From positions 56,296,001 to 56,360,000 of the forward strand of contig NW_027266341.1 in NCBI RefSeq assembly GCF_022045235.1: a stretch of DNA of 64,000 nt. Reading direction: 5' to 3'. This document shows, piece by piece, positions 40,561 to 54,871 of this stretch. The notes below the pieces were generated by a model, which was not told where the DNA came from, searched no databases, and was given only the letters and a program-made list of their open reading frames with translations. A program made the position numbers and the translations under genes. This DNA is from Haliotis cracherodii. Lineage: Eukaryota. Numbering within the stretch: position 1 is the first letter of the stretch; the number at the start of each line of letters is the position of its first letter.

Positions 40561-42787
40561 GCTGAAATTACATTATGTTGTGCATGTAAATACATTGTGA
40601 TCCTAGCATAAGCACGGTGTAATACATTTATAAGGATCGCAATATATATACATATATGTATAAATAAATAGTTATAACACTGGTGTGCTGACAGAGAATT
40701 CCGATGACACGAGTAAACGAAACTCATACACCTCATTCAATATGGTTCCCTGTCCTTTGTGCGCGTGCGATAGCTTGACGATATGCAGAGATGGATTAAC
40801 ATATTTGTCTCTTTCGATAAATTGATTTTCATCTATACGCGTGTTTTAAGATTACTTTTGGTTCTGTAATATAACTATGTTATGAATGGATGTGTCTTTC
40901 ATATAGTCTGTGGTAGATTTAGCAGGTTTGTGGCAATGACAAAGCGAGGCAAAGGAATAATATTCAGGGTTTCGAAAACAGCGTACTTCATTGTGATGAA
41001 GGGTCACAGATGGTACAGTCTCGATTCTGAGTTACGTTTCTTAGGCGTGCTAGTATCCTGTGGTTGGGGCTTCTTATACCACATTCGCCCTGATTAAGTT
41101 TCCAGCTTAATCAACACTATATCTCTATTGGTTGGTAAACGTCTGAGACCTGCATCACTTTGGTCGTTCTTCCACATGAAGCTGCCACGCTGTGACATAA
41201 CAGAATGCGGTATTAACTGACTCACTCACTATAACCAGTTGACGATGTTGGTCGCCCGCCGCTTCCATTGCATTTGAAAAATACGTATTTGTTTGTGTTG
41301 TGTTTAAGTAAGATGCGTTCAACTTCATAACAGTTACATATGAAATGAAATATCCAATGGGTTGGTTCATAACAACACACGTCTTTATCTATTTGAACTG
41401 AACTTGAACTGGCTGGATACTAGAATAAGTTTACCTACCACAACGCCGATACCGGAAAATGACAACTGACGTTTCTAGTTTTGTGCTAAATAGACTGTGA
41501 AAGTTGAATTTGCCCATTTCTTAACAAAAAGTTATTGTTAAATTGCCACTTACTTTAGTCGTGCCATGATTCTATGGTTGCGGGTTCGACTACCAGATTC
41601 GGCCTGATTATACAAGGAAACTCTGATGATAACCTTTCAACAAAGTATGGCGCTGTGTATGCTCAAACATTGGCTTTTTATATCATTATACTTTACTCTC
41701 ATATATTACAGGCATTGAACGTTTGCAGCATATATATTTCGTAAAGGTATTTCGAGACTTAGAGAGGCTTAAGCCAGTCTTGTAAGGCTTAATTCTACAC
41801 CACACGTTATTGTGACGCAAGAGCGAAAAGCCTCAAATTTCAGGCTCTCTGGAGTTTTTAAAACTTGAAATACACCCTCGAACCTCGGATAACTCGAAAC
41901 AGTTACATTATTCCCTTCAACTGCGACACAACGGTGTTTGACTGTAGGTATGCACTATCCACCTTGCAAAACAATCTTATTTCCGCAAAATGTTGGTACT
42001 CTTTGTGGTAGGATGTAGACGACAAACGTTACTAGGTTTCTCTTTTATCTCTAGAAAAGACTTTACCGTCTCGGTGATTCAGTGGACATAGCCTCTGTCC
42101 GGAGAGCGAATGTCGGTGGTTCGATTCCCTATTTGCGTCAATCTTGTTACCCTGTCTGACGCTCTGCATTTAATGGATGAAACAGGGCTGGTCCACCTTG
42201 AGTCAGTATACTGTGTCTGAGTGGAGAATCCGTGTTACACTGCGCCATGGTATATCATTGGTCTAAGCTATAAATCCGGCATAAGTCTGCACTAGTACAG
42301 CAGTGCAATAATCGTGAACGTGACATTAAAATCCCATTTCACCCCATCTCGGCTCAGCTACGCATACAAAACTGCATTTGTAGACATTGAAAGCATTTCA
42401 CTGATTTGGATGTGAAATCGAAATCCATTTGGTCATTATGTACCTCAACGACCTTCAATGAAACTTTAACTCATGAAAATCATGATCTTTCATAGTCATT
42501 TGGAAGAAGTTCTGTTACAGTTTGAATATAAAATGCCAATAATAGTTTTCGTGGCATTAACAAATTCTTCATTTTACATACAGTAGCAAGAAATATTACT
42601 TTCAAACTATAAATCTCACCTTTCTTTTCACGACACTACCCTTGATATCTCCCATGATTCATGATAAAGGTATTGACGTATGCATGAAGGCCATAAAACA
42701 AAACATGCACCGCTTCTATTGTTTGATGATATAGACGATAGCCTTTGTAGATGACCAGCTGCAAAGAGACCTTTATCCAAAAGGAGT

Positions 42788-43150
42788 TCCTCAGTAAAGC
42801 TTTCAAAATGTTTTATGGCAGACATGTGGAGGACATTTCCACATTTGTCGCATCAGTGACAAAAATGATGTTCGATGCAATTCCCCATTTTGACCATGAT
42901 ATATGTTCCCGGTATTTTTCAGGTGGACAATTGACTTGCCTTTGCATGTATTTGTGACGGGTACCACTGGTAGGGCTGGATACGCTCACCATTTCGCGAA
43001 CAACTGGAAACATTGCTATTTGATAGTGATTCATCAACACACGCTCATGATATAGTCGGAATCGTACAATCGACTCTGCTTTGTAAAGAGATTTCTGTTG
43101 GATATCAAAAGGGTTATGTCGCTTTATTATTATTACTATTAAACTAAAGT
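42788..43150 (+). mobile_element. Copy-specific insertion, probable 3' fragment of a retroelement (Penelope-like RT C-terminus)
   Basis: Absent from paralogous spacers. It encodes LSKAFKMFYGRHVEDISTFVASVTKMMFD, which resembles (from recall) the KKFYGRH C-terminal motif of molluscan Penelope-like RTs. Confidence 0.45.
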
Positions 43151-43879
43151 ATAGATCAGCTATGTTTGTCGGGTAAAATATACATGACACTGATTAGTTA
43201 TTTCACGCTTACATAACAGTACACGATTGTATAAGCGATGGACGAAAATATCATTTTAACAATTATCATATTTAGCATCGATCCTGACAATGTGCATATT
43301 TAAAAATTCAAAATGTTTATGAGTATTATGTAAGTGGTTTTTTTCAGAGATGCCTGTAGGGGTACTGACGGATCAATGTTCCCGCTTTATGTGATTATGT
43401 GTCATTCACATTTGCATATTTACTCAGTTCAACACTCACTTCTTAACATCCAATCCGGAGGTTAAACAATTCAGTCATCAATTGTCAGCATGTTAATGCA
43501 ACCAAACTTATACATTCAACACAACGTTTATAGGGTATTTCTTAAAAGTAATTATTAACCTTTGAGGTCGAAACTGAAGCTGTGAATTTGCATACCTCAT
43601 GTATACCACATCGCATTAAAGATTTTAGCCTGCGGATATATTATCGACACCAAGGGCAGTCCCAATAACGTTGAACGTGTTGCCCCGGGGGAGGAATGTA
43701 TCCCATGTCATCAAAGGTTTTCTCTAAATCAAACTCATTTTTGTGGAAACCGTTTTAGAATGTTTAGTCCTAAGGTTGTTGCAAACATTTGACTTAATAT
43801 CTGCTATTACTTTCTTAACTTAAATAAACTTGTGTCTATTTGTCACTACATAACGTCCGCTTTGTCAGACAGCGTTCAA

Positions 43880-43945
43880 CAACGCAGTAAAACCACTGCC
43901 AGTACTACTGCTACTACTGCTACTATAACCACTACAACTTCTGCA

Positions 43946-44004
<59 letters not shown>

Positions 44005-44413
44005 AACAACTACTACTACTATTACAGCTACTACTGCTATTACTACCACTACAAAAGCTGCTACTAGTATTATTACTACTACTACTACTTCTACTGCTAC
44101 TACTATGTGAACGACTTGTCACTAGACAACCTCCGCTTTGTTAGACAACTACGGGTACTATTACTGCTATAACCACTACAATACTGCTACTACTACTACA
44201 ACAATAACTACTACAACAATAACTACTACTACTACTGTTACAGCTACTACGACAATCAAAGCTACTACTACTAGTATTATTACTCCTCCTCCTACTACTA
44301 CTACTTTGTGTATGATTTTTCAAAAGATAACCTCCACATAGTCAATCAGCGTTTAACAACACAGTAAAACAACCACTAGTACTGCCACTACTTTAACCAC
44401 TACTACCACTACA

Positions 44414-44477
<64 letters not shown>

Positions 44478-44565
44478 TGTGTATGATTTTTCAAAAGATA
44501 ACCTCCACATAGTCAATCAGCGTTTAACAACACAGTAAAACAACCACTAGTACTGCCACTACTTT
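43880..44565. repeat. Expanded (TAC)n-rich compound repeat with local duplications
   Basis: Several TAC tracts; a ~90-bp block is repeated at ~44303 and ~44475 beside the gap. Confidence 0.85.
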
Positions 44566-45673
44566 NNNNNNNNNNNNNNNNNNNNNNNNNNNNNNNNNNN
44601 NNNNNNNNNNNNNNNNNNNNNNNNNNNNNNNNNNNNNNNNNNNNNNNNNNNNNNNNNNNNNNNNNNNNNNNNNNNNNNNNNNNNNNNNNNNNNNNNNNNN
44701 NNNNNNNNNNNNNNNNNNNNCTACCACTACTATAGCACAATACCTCCAGTTGGTATTGGAATCACCCATGTAAAAACAAATCAATAAATTGTCTTATATT
44801 TATTTGCATAAAAACATAAAAACAGAATGAATTATTTTTAAAATTGAATATGGATTATTAAGATTGGACTCTACCGGAGTTGCAGAGCTAGAGTCTATTA
44901 CAAATAATTCATTCATATGCAATTAAGTGAATGTTTAAATATAACTAAAGTTCAGTTAAAGGAAACAAAGTAGTTGAAGTAAGAAATACATGCTCATGTT
45001 TCTTGGGGATTTTAAAAAGAAAATGTAGTATACACATGAGTTCAAACATTTGTGTGGGGAAAAACTGTATAGATTTATTGGTGTCAAGTATGATATTGGT
45101 AGTTACTTTGGTTGGCTGAACCCTATTCCAGCCTCCAGATCTATATGGACCTGGTGTTTGGAGAAAATGAAAAGTTAAAAATGCCAAGTCTATCTCTAAA
45201 TCTCTAAATATTAAAACCATCACAAGTTTTTATGTATCACAACTATTGCCAAGAAAGTCTAAAAAATACATAAATTCCCGGATAGAAGAAAGTATACTCC
45301 CTTGTTTGATGGTGGCTACAATGAAACAGATAAGAAATGGCTATTCATGGGTTCACTCCTGACATCCTTATTGTATTTGATTCTTCATTTTTGATATCAT
45401 TGTTGTTGTTGATGTTTTGTATGGTCGACTACACTTAGGTTATAACAAGGGAGTTATGACAGTAAATATATCGAATGTAATTGAATTATTTTCTTAACAG
45501 ATTTTGAAATAAATTATTAGAATTGAAAAACATAAATGAGGTTTTCAATAGTGTATGACAATCATTTCAGCAGAAAATGAGAGGTCTAGTTCTAGTTTAA
45601 GCTTTAACACTGTCATGATTAAATTCTGCCTAGTGGTACAACGAGTTGCGCAACTGTTCACTTAAACGATGGG

Positions 45674-45743
45674 TCACGTGATACATACGTAGCGGTATAA
45701 CTCTTGGCGTAAAGATCACGTGACCCTGTTAAGGGTATATAAA
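45674..45743 (+). promoter_or_regulatory. Gene 8 core promoter
   Basis: TCACGTGA at 45674 and 45716; TATATAAA at 45736-45743. Confidence 0.8.
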
Positions 45744-45812
45744 TGTGGAGCACCATACTGGTGGTATCAGTCATCTCAACACTGGTGTATCGCCTAGTCA
45801 AGTCTGTTCATC

Positions 45813-47187
45813 ATGAAGGTAAGATACCATTGTACCGATACAGTCATGCAAACATCTAATGTATTCTCTCAGTCAAGTTCGATGCGTTTGAATATACGAC
45901 ACTGTTTGTTCTAATTCATCAATTTCAATTCTTAACTACAATTTCTTGTCTAAAAGATTAGCAACCGCTTGTAACTAAGTTGGGATAACTCAGTATATTA
46001 AGGTAAAGCAAAGCTCGGGGTTACACAGATGTGATGCACAGTGATGTGGGTTGGTTAAGCAAATGACAAGGAAAGGAAAATCTGCAGCAATCAATTGATT
46101 CGTATTTGATGTACAGCGAAATCTCAATAATCTGTACACAGTTTTTTATTAACGAATCAGATTCTGTGTTTTAAAAAAATAAGATCACCAACCTGACGAC
46201 AAGCGGTGATGTGTTTTGTGCAACGAGTATATCATTTCATTGTACATAGTTTATGTTCGTAACGTAATCACACAAATAAACTGCATTGCGAAAGAAAGTG
46301 TACACTCATGTTTTATTCTAGCTACAAATGAAGCAAACAATGAATTGTCATTCGATAGTGATGTATCGAGACGGGTATGATAGTTGCGTTTTGGACTTCA
46401 CTTCTGCAGTGTTTCCGTGAACGTTTGTTAAAAAATTGTCAAATCGAAGATACGAGGTTCACAAAATTTGTGCATTTGCTTTTATATATATATAAAACCG
46501 TGTTTGAATTTTGAACTCTAATGTATTTGTTATATTCAGACCGTCATCGCTGCGTTGTCCCTGTTAGTAGCCTCTGCGTTGGCCCAGGTGCCTTTCGGAA
46601 CTGGATCCTTCGGAGTCGGCACTGTTGGTGTTGCTGGTACAGGCTATGGTTACAACCCATACAACAAGAACTATGGTTACAACGACTATGGCTACGGTAA
46701 AGGCGTTGGGAAAGTCGGTGTTGCCGGTCCCTTCGTTGCTGGACATGGAGTTGGTCTTGTAGGACATGGACACGGACCTTTCGTTGGTCATGCTGGTTCA
46801 TTCGCAGGAAACGGACCCTTTGTTGCTGGAAAGGGACATGGCTATGGCTACAACTCCTATAATGGAGTTGGGAATGGAGTTGGTCTTGTAGGAAATGGAC
46901 TCAATGCACTCGCGGGACACGGCCTCGCAGGACCCCTCGCAGTCGGTGGACACAGTGTTGCTGGTCACGGACATGGCTATGGGTACAAACCCTACAACAG
47001 CAACTACGGCTACGGTAAGAACGTCGGACATGGAGCTGGTCTTGTAGGAAATGGATTTGCTGGACATGGACCTTTAGTCGGACACGGAGTAGCCGGACAC
47101 GGTGTTTATGGATACGGTGGACCTTTCGTTGGTCATGGAGTTGCTGGGTCGTTCGTTGGCAAAGCCACTCCTTACTACTACCACTAG
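45813..47187 (+). CDS. Secreted Gly/Tyr/His-rich structural protein, gene 8 (type III), 217 aa; exons 45813-45818 + 46540-47187
   Basis: ATGAAG|GTAAG; acceptor TTCAG at 46539; 721-nt intron; MKTVIAALSLLVASALA-QVPFG; ends KATPYYYH; AATAAA at 47267. Confidence 0.92.
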
Positions 47188-50150
47188 AGACGTATGCTTG
47201 GTATGCCTGATGTATGATTGTTTTTGTACTTTATTGATATGTTTTTGTATCAATTAACGAATGGGCAATAAATCTGACGTTACATTGTATATATTGTAAG
47301 TTGTATTTTTCAATGATTGTGTATATTTTGGTCGTTGTATTACATGTCACGAATATTCTAGAAATCATTCCTCTGGCCGCATCATACTAGAAGACTTAAA
47401 AGTATGCCGTCTTGTTCTTACCCTGTAACCCTGATAAAACAAGGACTGGTCAGTATAATATTTCTGCGTGGATATTCATGTTAAACTGCAGCATGGTAAC
47501 TTAGTGGGCTAGCACTATAAAATCGGAATTATTCCGGACTGGTACAAGCAGCCACACACACACACACACACACATTCATACACGCACGTGTGCGCATGTA
47601 TGCATGCACACAACCACTTAAGCGCTATAATCTTGAAGTACACGTTGAACGCCGTTTCACCTCACCTCAACTGAATTTATGAATGTTGTGCATTGTGATC
47701 CCAGCATAAGAATAGTGCAATACACTTATATTTTATATAACAACAGTTATAACACTGGTGTGCAGACAGAGAATTCCCCTGTGACATAGTTACGTCAACG
47801 AAATCAATGTCACGCAATAGACTCATATACCTCATTCAATATGGTTCCCTGTCCTCTGTGTGCTTGCGATAGCTTGACGATATGCAGAGATGGATTAACA
47901 GATTGGTCTCTTTCGATAAATTGATTTTCATCCATACGCGTGTTTCGATACTACTCTTGGTTCTGTAATGTTACTTCTTTATGAATGATGATACTTTCAT
48001 ATATTCCATGACAGATTAAGCAGGTGTGTGGCAATGACAAAGCGAGGGACAGAAATACTATTTAGGGTGTCGAACTTGGCGTACTTCAATGTGATGAGGG
48101 GGCACAGGTTGCCCAGTTTCTAAGGCGACGCAATTTTGAGTTGCGTTTCTTAGGCGCGCCAGAAACCTGTGATCGGGGGCTTCTAATATCATATTCGCCC
48201 TGATTATGCTTCTATCTTTATGAACACCATGCCTATAGTGCTTGTTTTCAATAAATATAATATAACGTGGTAAACGTCAGTGACCTGCACCGCTTTGGGG
48301 CGTTCTTCCACATCAAGCTGACACGTCGTGACACAACAGAAATACTTCTTAATGCGGTATTAAATCAAACTCAATCACTTAACGATGTTGGTCGCCCGCC
48401 ACTTCCATTGCATTTGTAAAATAATTATTTGTATGTATTTTGTTTTTAGTAAGATGCCTTTAACTTAATAACTGTTACATTTGAAATGGAAAAAAATGTA
48501 ATGTGTTGGTTCATAAATTGTTTGATAGGCATAACTTAGAAGTTGACACAATTTTGGCAAGATAGACACAATTTTTATGGATAACAACTTCTTTAATACT
48601 GTGAAAAGCGACGTTTCGGTATAGATCCTTATACCGTTGTCAAGCAAGACTGAATGGGGGACATGGTGCAGAATATATATAGTAGGTGAGGGATTAACAG
48701 TAGAGGATTAAAAGTAGAGGATTAACAGTACAGGATTAACAGTAACAACAATACTACTATTGTACGAAATATTCGCAACAGTAACCTGAAAAATAACCGA
48801 GATCTGTTTTCAGTTGAATAACAATTCATTTTAATTATATCACAGGTTTTAATTCAAGTTAACCATTCAACGTTCCGGGTACTCAAAAGCCTCTATTTTC
48901 TATATCAAGGGTCAGTGATAACCATATGCACGTATAACAGATGCAGTTTCCTCGGAATCGAAACAAAAGTATTTGGTAATCAGGAATTTCTGTTTCAAGT
49001 ATTGAATACCTTTGTACATGTATTAAACTTAATTTGAAACAGGTTCTATAGAATGACTCATGTATTTCTCATACGTTATCTCATATAATAATCACCACGA
49101 TACTTGTGTAGTTAAATATTAACTTGAAAGAGATAGTAAATGTTGCATTTTAGCCATATGTCAACACAAAGTTATTTTTAAATTGTTGTTTGACTTTATA
49201 TTTCACTTTAGTAGATGTATAGATACGTGTTCCTTAGTTAAGTCGTGTCATGATTCCATCGTGTCATGATTTCATGGTTGTGGGTTCGACTACCAGATTC
49301 GACCTGATTATAAAAGGAAATACCGATGATAACCTTTCCACAAAGTATGGCGCTGTGTATGCTCAAACATTGGCTTTTTATATCATTATACTTTACTCTC
49401 ATATATTACAGGCATTGAACGTTTGCAGCATAGCTATATCGTAAAGGTATTTTCGAGACTTAAAGAAGCTTATGCCAGTCTTATTAGGATTAATTCTACA
49501 TCACACGTCACTACTATGACGCCAAGCGTCACATTTCAAGCTCTTTGTAGCTCCTTAAACTTAAACCCTCTTAATCGATTTCAATCGTGCTCTCTGACTG
49601 AAAGTACTTCCACACATACGTGGAAAAACACTGCATTTTGTAACCAATAATTGTGCGTATCATTGTTCCAAAATACCTACCGAAATACTTTTCCGCAGTA
49701 ATGCAGACTATTATCAGCTGTTTCATTCGAAAATGGATTTTTTTATGATTTTAAACCTCTGATTGATTAATCTGAATCGAGTATTTTCCAATGTTGTTGA
49801 GAATAATGATATAATATGTAAGTATATCGGGCTAAGATCAAGAACGAGCGACAACTGCTTCACTACTAAACATTCCGTTTTATTTTCTGACTAGTTTAAA
49901 CACTAATGCAGTGCTACATTCATACTGTTATTACAAGCACTGTACTAATTATTAACCGGATGTGCATGGTTTATGTTTACATTAACAACACAATTTCAAG
50001 TCCGGGTCTTGTTTAACGCCGCATTCAACGCCATTCAAGAAATGTCAAGGCGGGGACAAGAAGTGGCTTCAGGCTTTATACTCATGCAAACAAGTGACTG
50101 AAAGCGTGAGCAACGGTTCATGTTATCGGGGAGGATGACTCTCTAATCAG

Positions 50151-51260
50151 AAATTGTAGTTTTTAGAAATGGTGGTATTTTAAATCGCTTTGAAAAATGG
50201 TTCTATAACGGCTGTTTATTAAAAAAAGTTTCATATTATAAATATCTGGGGGTAATATTTTCTTCTAGACTGATTTGGACGAAATCATGTGAGAACCTGG
50301 CAGCTCAGGCTGTTAAGGCATGCATCCCTGTTTACAAATTATTCCAAAAAAATTCATTCCTATCATTCTCCACAGCTTGTAAAATATTTGATTGTAAAAT
50401 AAGTCCTATACTTTTATATGGTGCAGAAATTTGGGGGCTAAGGTATTTTGCATGTATAGAGAAAGTTCAAACCTCATATTTTAAATATTTTCTTGGTGTA
50501 GGTAAATATGCCTCAAACACAGCTATCTTAGGGGAAACTGGCCGCCACTATATGTTTGTCCAGAGTCAGATCAGAGCTATAAAATATTGGCTAAAATTAT
50601 TGCACATGGGATCAAATAGATATCCTGTACAATGTTATTACTTCCTTAAAAAGCTAGATGAGAAAGGTAAGCACAGTTGGGTGACAGATCTTAAAAATTG
50701 TTTATATGTTAATGGTTTTTCATATGTCTGGGACTACCAAAATGTTGTATCAATTTCAGGAAAGACTAAAAGATGTTGCATTTCAAAAATGGTTTGCAAA
50801 ATTGTCTGCTTCCAAATATTTATCTCATTATTCAAATGTTAAATCTTTGCTGAATGTAGAAAAATATATTGATTCTTTGCAGGATAAATCTCTCAGAAGA
50901 ACCTTCTGTAAATTTAGGATTAGCTTACATAATTTTAATGTTCAGTTACTACGTAAAAAACCCTCAGATAATGAAAATAGTGTATGTAGAAATTGTAACA
51001 AGGCTTGTATTGAAAGTGAAGACCATGTCTTTTTCACTTGTGATTATTACCAGACTTTACGGAAACATTATATTACCCAACTACAGGATATTTATGACGG
51101 TTACCTGTCACTTCCAAATATTCTTAACTGAAATAATGTCGATGTAATAAAACTGACTTCTGTATACCTGTATAAGATATTTAAATCTAGAAAAACGTGA
51201 CTAAATTTATATTGTACTGACATTGTAATATAGGCCATGTGGACCACATTACCGAATAAA

Positions 51261-51295
<35 letters not shown>

Positions 51296-51296
51296 G
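50151..51296 (+). mobile_element. 5'-truncated non-LTR retrotransposon (LINE, CR1/L2-group-like ORF2 3' part)
   Basis: Frame open from 50153: IVVFRNGG...YKYLGV...LLYGAEIWG...LGETGR...KYWLKL. Frameshift near 50750, then CRNC...EDHVFFTC (CCHC). AATAAA at 51255 + (TCTG)9. TSD ACTCTCTA(A)TCAG at 50138-50150 and 51297-51308. Confidence 0.9.
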
Positions 51297-52855
51297 ACTC
51301 TCTATCAGCTAAGTCACAGAAAATGACCACCTTCTATTTCAGACATTTTACACGACTCTTACGGCAGTCATTAGCTACTGGGGTGTTTTCTATCCGAAAT
51401 AGCCGTGAGGTCTAGGTTATGTGAAACGTAGAAATATATGTCTGTCAAACGACAAGCCGACGGAAAACAACGTTTTGCCTTAAGATAATATTATCTCGAC
51501 GGTACACAAACAATATATAAAATGTCAAACCCCTTAAACTATTGTTTCAAAGAAAAAGCTTGGTCCCTGCATATTCCTTCTTTATTCGTCATTTTTGTGT
51601 GTCGAACCGCGAATAACTGGAAACATTTACTTAGGTCGCTACAACTTCGACACAACGGTGTTTGACTCTATTCATGCCCCATCCATCTTGCATAAAACAA
51701 TCTTACTTCATCATAGTTGATGTCCTTTTTAGAAGGACTGCGTAAAACAAAAAGACGTTCAAAACAGTAGTTGTTGTTGCTCTGTCTGACGCTCGGCATT
51801 TTATAGATGAAATAGAACTGGTCGGCGATGAGACAGTATAATGTATCTGAGTGGAGACTCCTTGTTACACTGATCAGTCATGGTATCTCAATGGTCTAAG
51901 TTGTTAAACCGACTTAGTGTGCACTGGCACAAGCAGCCGCACACGTGCATGCACGTCGCTGTATAAGTGAAATAATCGTGAACGTGACCTTAAAAACTCA
52001 TTTCACTCTATTTCATCTAAAGAACAGCATATTTGGATATTATACAACCCTTCGTTGATTTGGATGTGAAACTGAACTCCATTTTGGTCAGTTGTATATC
52101 GACATCCTTGTACACCAACGACTTGAAATCATGAAAATCACGATCTCTCATGATCATATTCATTCGAAGAAGTTCTGTTAAAATGCCAATAATATTTTTC
52201 GCGGCATTAAAAACGTTTCACTTTTCATGGCATGAAATATTACTTAAAAGCTAAAAAGCGACAGACGAATATGTCATTTTAACAATTATCATATATAACA
52301 GCTCTGCTGACGATGTGCATATTCAACATTGAAACTTTATGCATGTAGGGGTACTGACGGGTCAGTGTTCCCGATTTATGTGACTAAGTGTTTTTTCATA
52401 ATCATTCACATTTCCATACTCACTCAATTTCATTATCACTTCCTAACATCCATTCGGTGAGGTTATGCAACAGAACTAATACATTCAAGACAACTTTTAT
52501 GTGATATTTCGTAAAACTTGTTATAGATCATTCGGGTCGAAGGTTTAGCTGTGAATTTGCATACCTTCATGTACACCACATCTCATTAAAGATTTAAACC
52601 TCGACACCGAGGGAAGTCACAATAGCTTCGAACGTATTGCCCCGGGCGAGGAATCAATGCACGTCATCAAAAGTTTACTCCAACTTGAACACATTTGTTT
52701 TGTAGAAGCAATGTAGAATATTTTGACCATGACATGTTTAGTACTAAGTTTGAATCAAACATTTGATTTATATATAATTTTACATTTTTGTAACTTAACT
52801 TAACTTACAACCATATTTTGTGTACGATTTATCACCAGATGACCTTCCAACTATT

Positions 52856-52972
52856 AGTTTGTTTGTTGTTTAACGCCGCACTCAGCAATATTCCAGCTAT
52901 ATGACGGCGGTTTGTAAATATACGAGTCTCGATCAGATAGTCCAGTGATTGACTTCATGAGCATCGATCTAC
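52856..52972 (-). mobile_element. 3' fragment of a third SINE family ((AAAC)n tail)
   Basis: GTTTGTTTGTTGTTTAACGCCGCACTCAGCAATATTCCAGC...CATGAGCATCGATCTA; paralogues at ~26375, 36146 and 61474. I recall this as an abundant abalone repeat (unverified). Confidence 0.6.
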
Positions 52973-53002
52973 AACCGCTACAACAACTTCTACTATAAAA
53001 GA

Positions 53003-53084
<82 letters not shown>

Positions 53085-54732
53085 ACTAATACTAATACTA
53101 CTATAACTACTACTACATGTAAGCTGCTACTTCTACTTTTGCCTATTACATTCAGTTGGTGTTGGAATCACCAATGTAAATCCAATCATTATTGTCTTAT
53201 TTATTTGTTCAAACATATAAATGCAGAATGTATCATTTTTGAATTTGAATATGGATTAAGATTGCCGTAGGTCCAATTACCAGGACTTTTTGCAGATGAC
53301 ACCATGTCAGCAAGTAGTACTCAACCTAGTTACAAATAATTCATTCGTATGCTGTTATGTGTAGGCTTAAATATAAATAAAGTTCAGTTGGAGCAAACAC
53401 ATTTGTTAATGTATGAAATACATGTGCATGTTTCTTGGAATTTTTTAACTTCACCAGAAAGACAATGTAGTGTACACAGGAGTTCAAATGAGCCGATCAA
53501 ACTCAACACTGGAATGTACAAGAATAAGTTTATATTGGTGTCAAGTATGATACTGGTAGTTGACCAAAAGTGCAGTTACATGTATTACGTTCATTTTAAT
53601 GGAACAAGGTAGATGCTGATAATCTGTATCTTGTAATCTGTAAACTTCACAATAAGACAATGTAGCACACACAGGAGTTCAAGTATGATATTGGTAGTTA
53701 CTTTGGTTCTCTCAACCCTATTCCAGCCTCAGTGATATGGGAGAGAGTTATCTTGTCATCTATATGGATCTGGTGTTAGGAGCCAACGCTTATGCAGAAT
53801 AAGAAAAAGTTGAAAATACCAAGACTGTATCTTAATACTATAAACGGAACCAATATCTAAATATCATAATCATCAAGCGTTTTATGTATTACAACTATCG
53901 CCCAGAAAGTCTAACAAAGACATAAACTGCCGGGGAGAAGAAAGTATACACCCTTCTTTGATGGTGGCGAAATTAAACAAACAAAAAATGGTTATTCATG
54001 GGTTCACTCTTGATATCCTAATTGTTGATGTTGATGTTGATCAGACTTGAGGTTAAACAGTTATTTTTGTCATTCCTTTCATGAAAAGTTAATTTGGACA
54101 CACGCGCATGTGTGTCATTTGAATTTAACAGGTATGCATTTTCTTCTTAACGTTTTCAGGTGTTCATGCGACAGTTCATGCGATATGAATCTGGTGTTTG
54201 GGGTAAACTATCGCTTGTACAGAAGATGAAAAGTTAAATATACCAAGATTGTATCTCTAAATATCAAAACCATCACGAGTTTTTATGCATCACAACTATT
54301 GCCCAAAAAATCTAAACAATACAAAAATTCCCGGACAGAAGAATGTTTACTCCCCTGTTTGATGGTTGCTAGAATGAAACAGACAAGAAATGGTTATTCA
54401 TGGATTCACTCCATTATCCTTATTGATGCTTTTTTTTAATTATTGTTGATGTTGATGTTGATGTGCTGTATGTTTGACTACACTTAGGTTACAACAAGGG
54501 AGATATGACAGTAAAGACATCGAATGTAATTGAATTATGTTTGTAACAGATTATGAAATAAATTATTAGAGTTGAAAAACATAAATGAGGTTGACAATAG
54601 TATGACACTCATGTCAAGAGAATGAAAATGAGAGGTATAGTTCTAGTTTAAGCTTTAACACTGTCATGATTAAATTCTGCCTAGTGGCACAACGAGTTGC
54701 ACAACTGTTCACATATTCACTTAAACGATGGG

Positions 54733-54802
54733 TCACGTGATACATATGTAGCGGTATAACTCTTGGGGTGAAGATCACGTGACCCTGTTAAGGGTATATA
54801 AA
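54733..54802 (+). promoter_or_regulatory. Gene 9 core promoter
   Basis: TCACGTGA at 54733 and 54775; TATATAAA at 54795-54802. Confidence 0.8.
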
Positions 54803-54871
54803 TGTGGAGCACCATAGTGATGGTATCAGTCATCTCAACACTGGTGTATCGTCTAGTCAAGTCTGTTCACC

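Noticed and set aside
43832-44341. Poly-Thr/poly-Ser mucin-like ORFs (also 15374-15601) and His-Thr/Cys-Val ORFs at 20383-20662 and 56435-56690
   Set aside because: Translations of (TAC)n and (CA)n microsatellites with unconserved length and frame.
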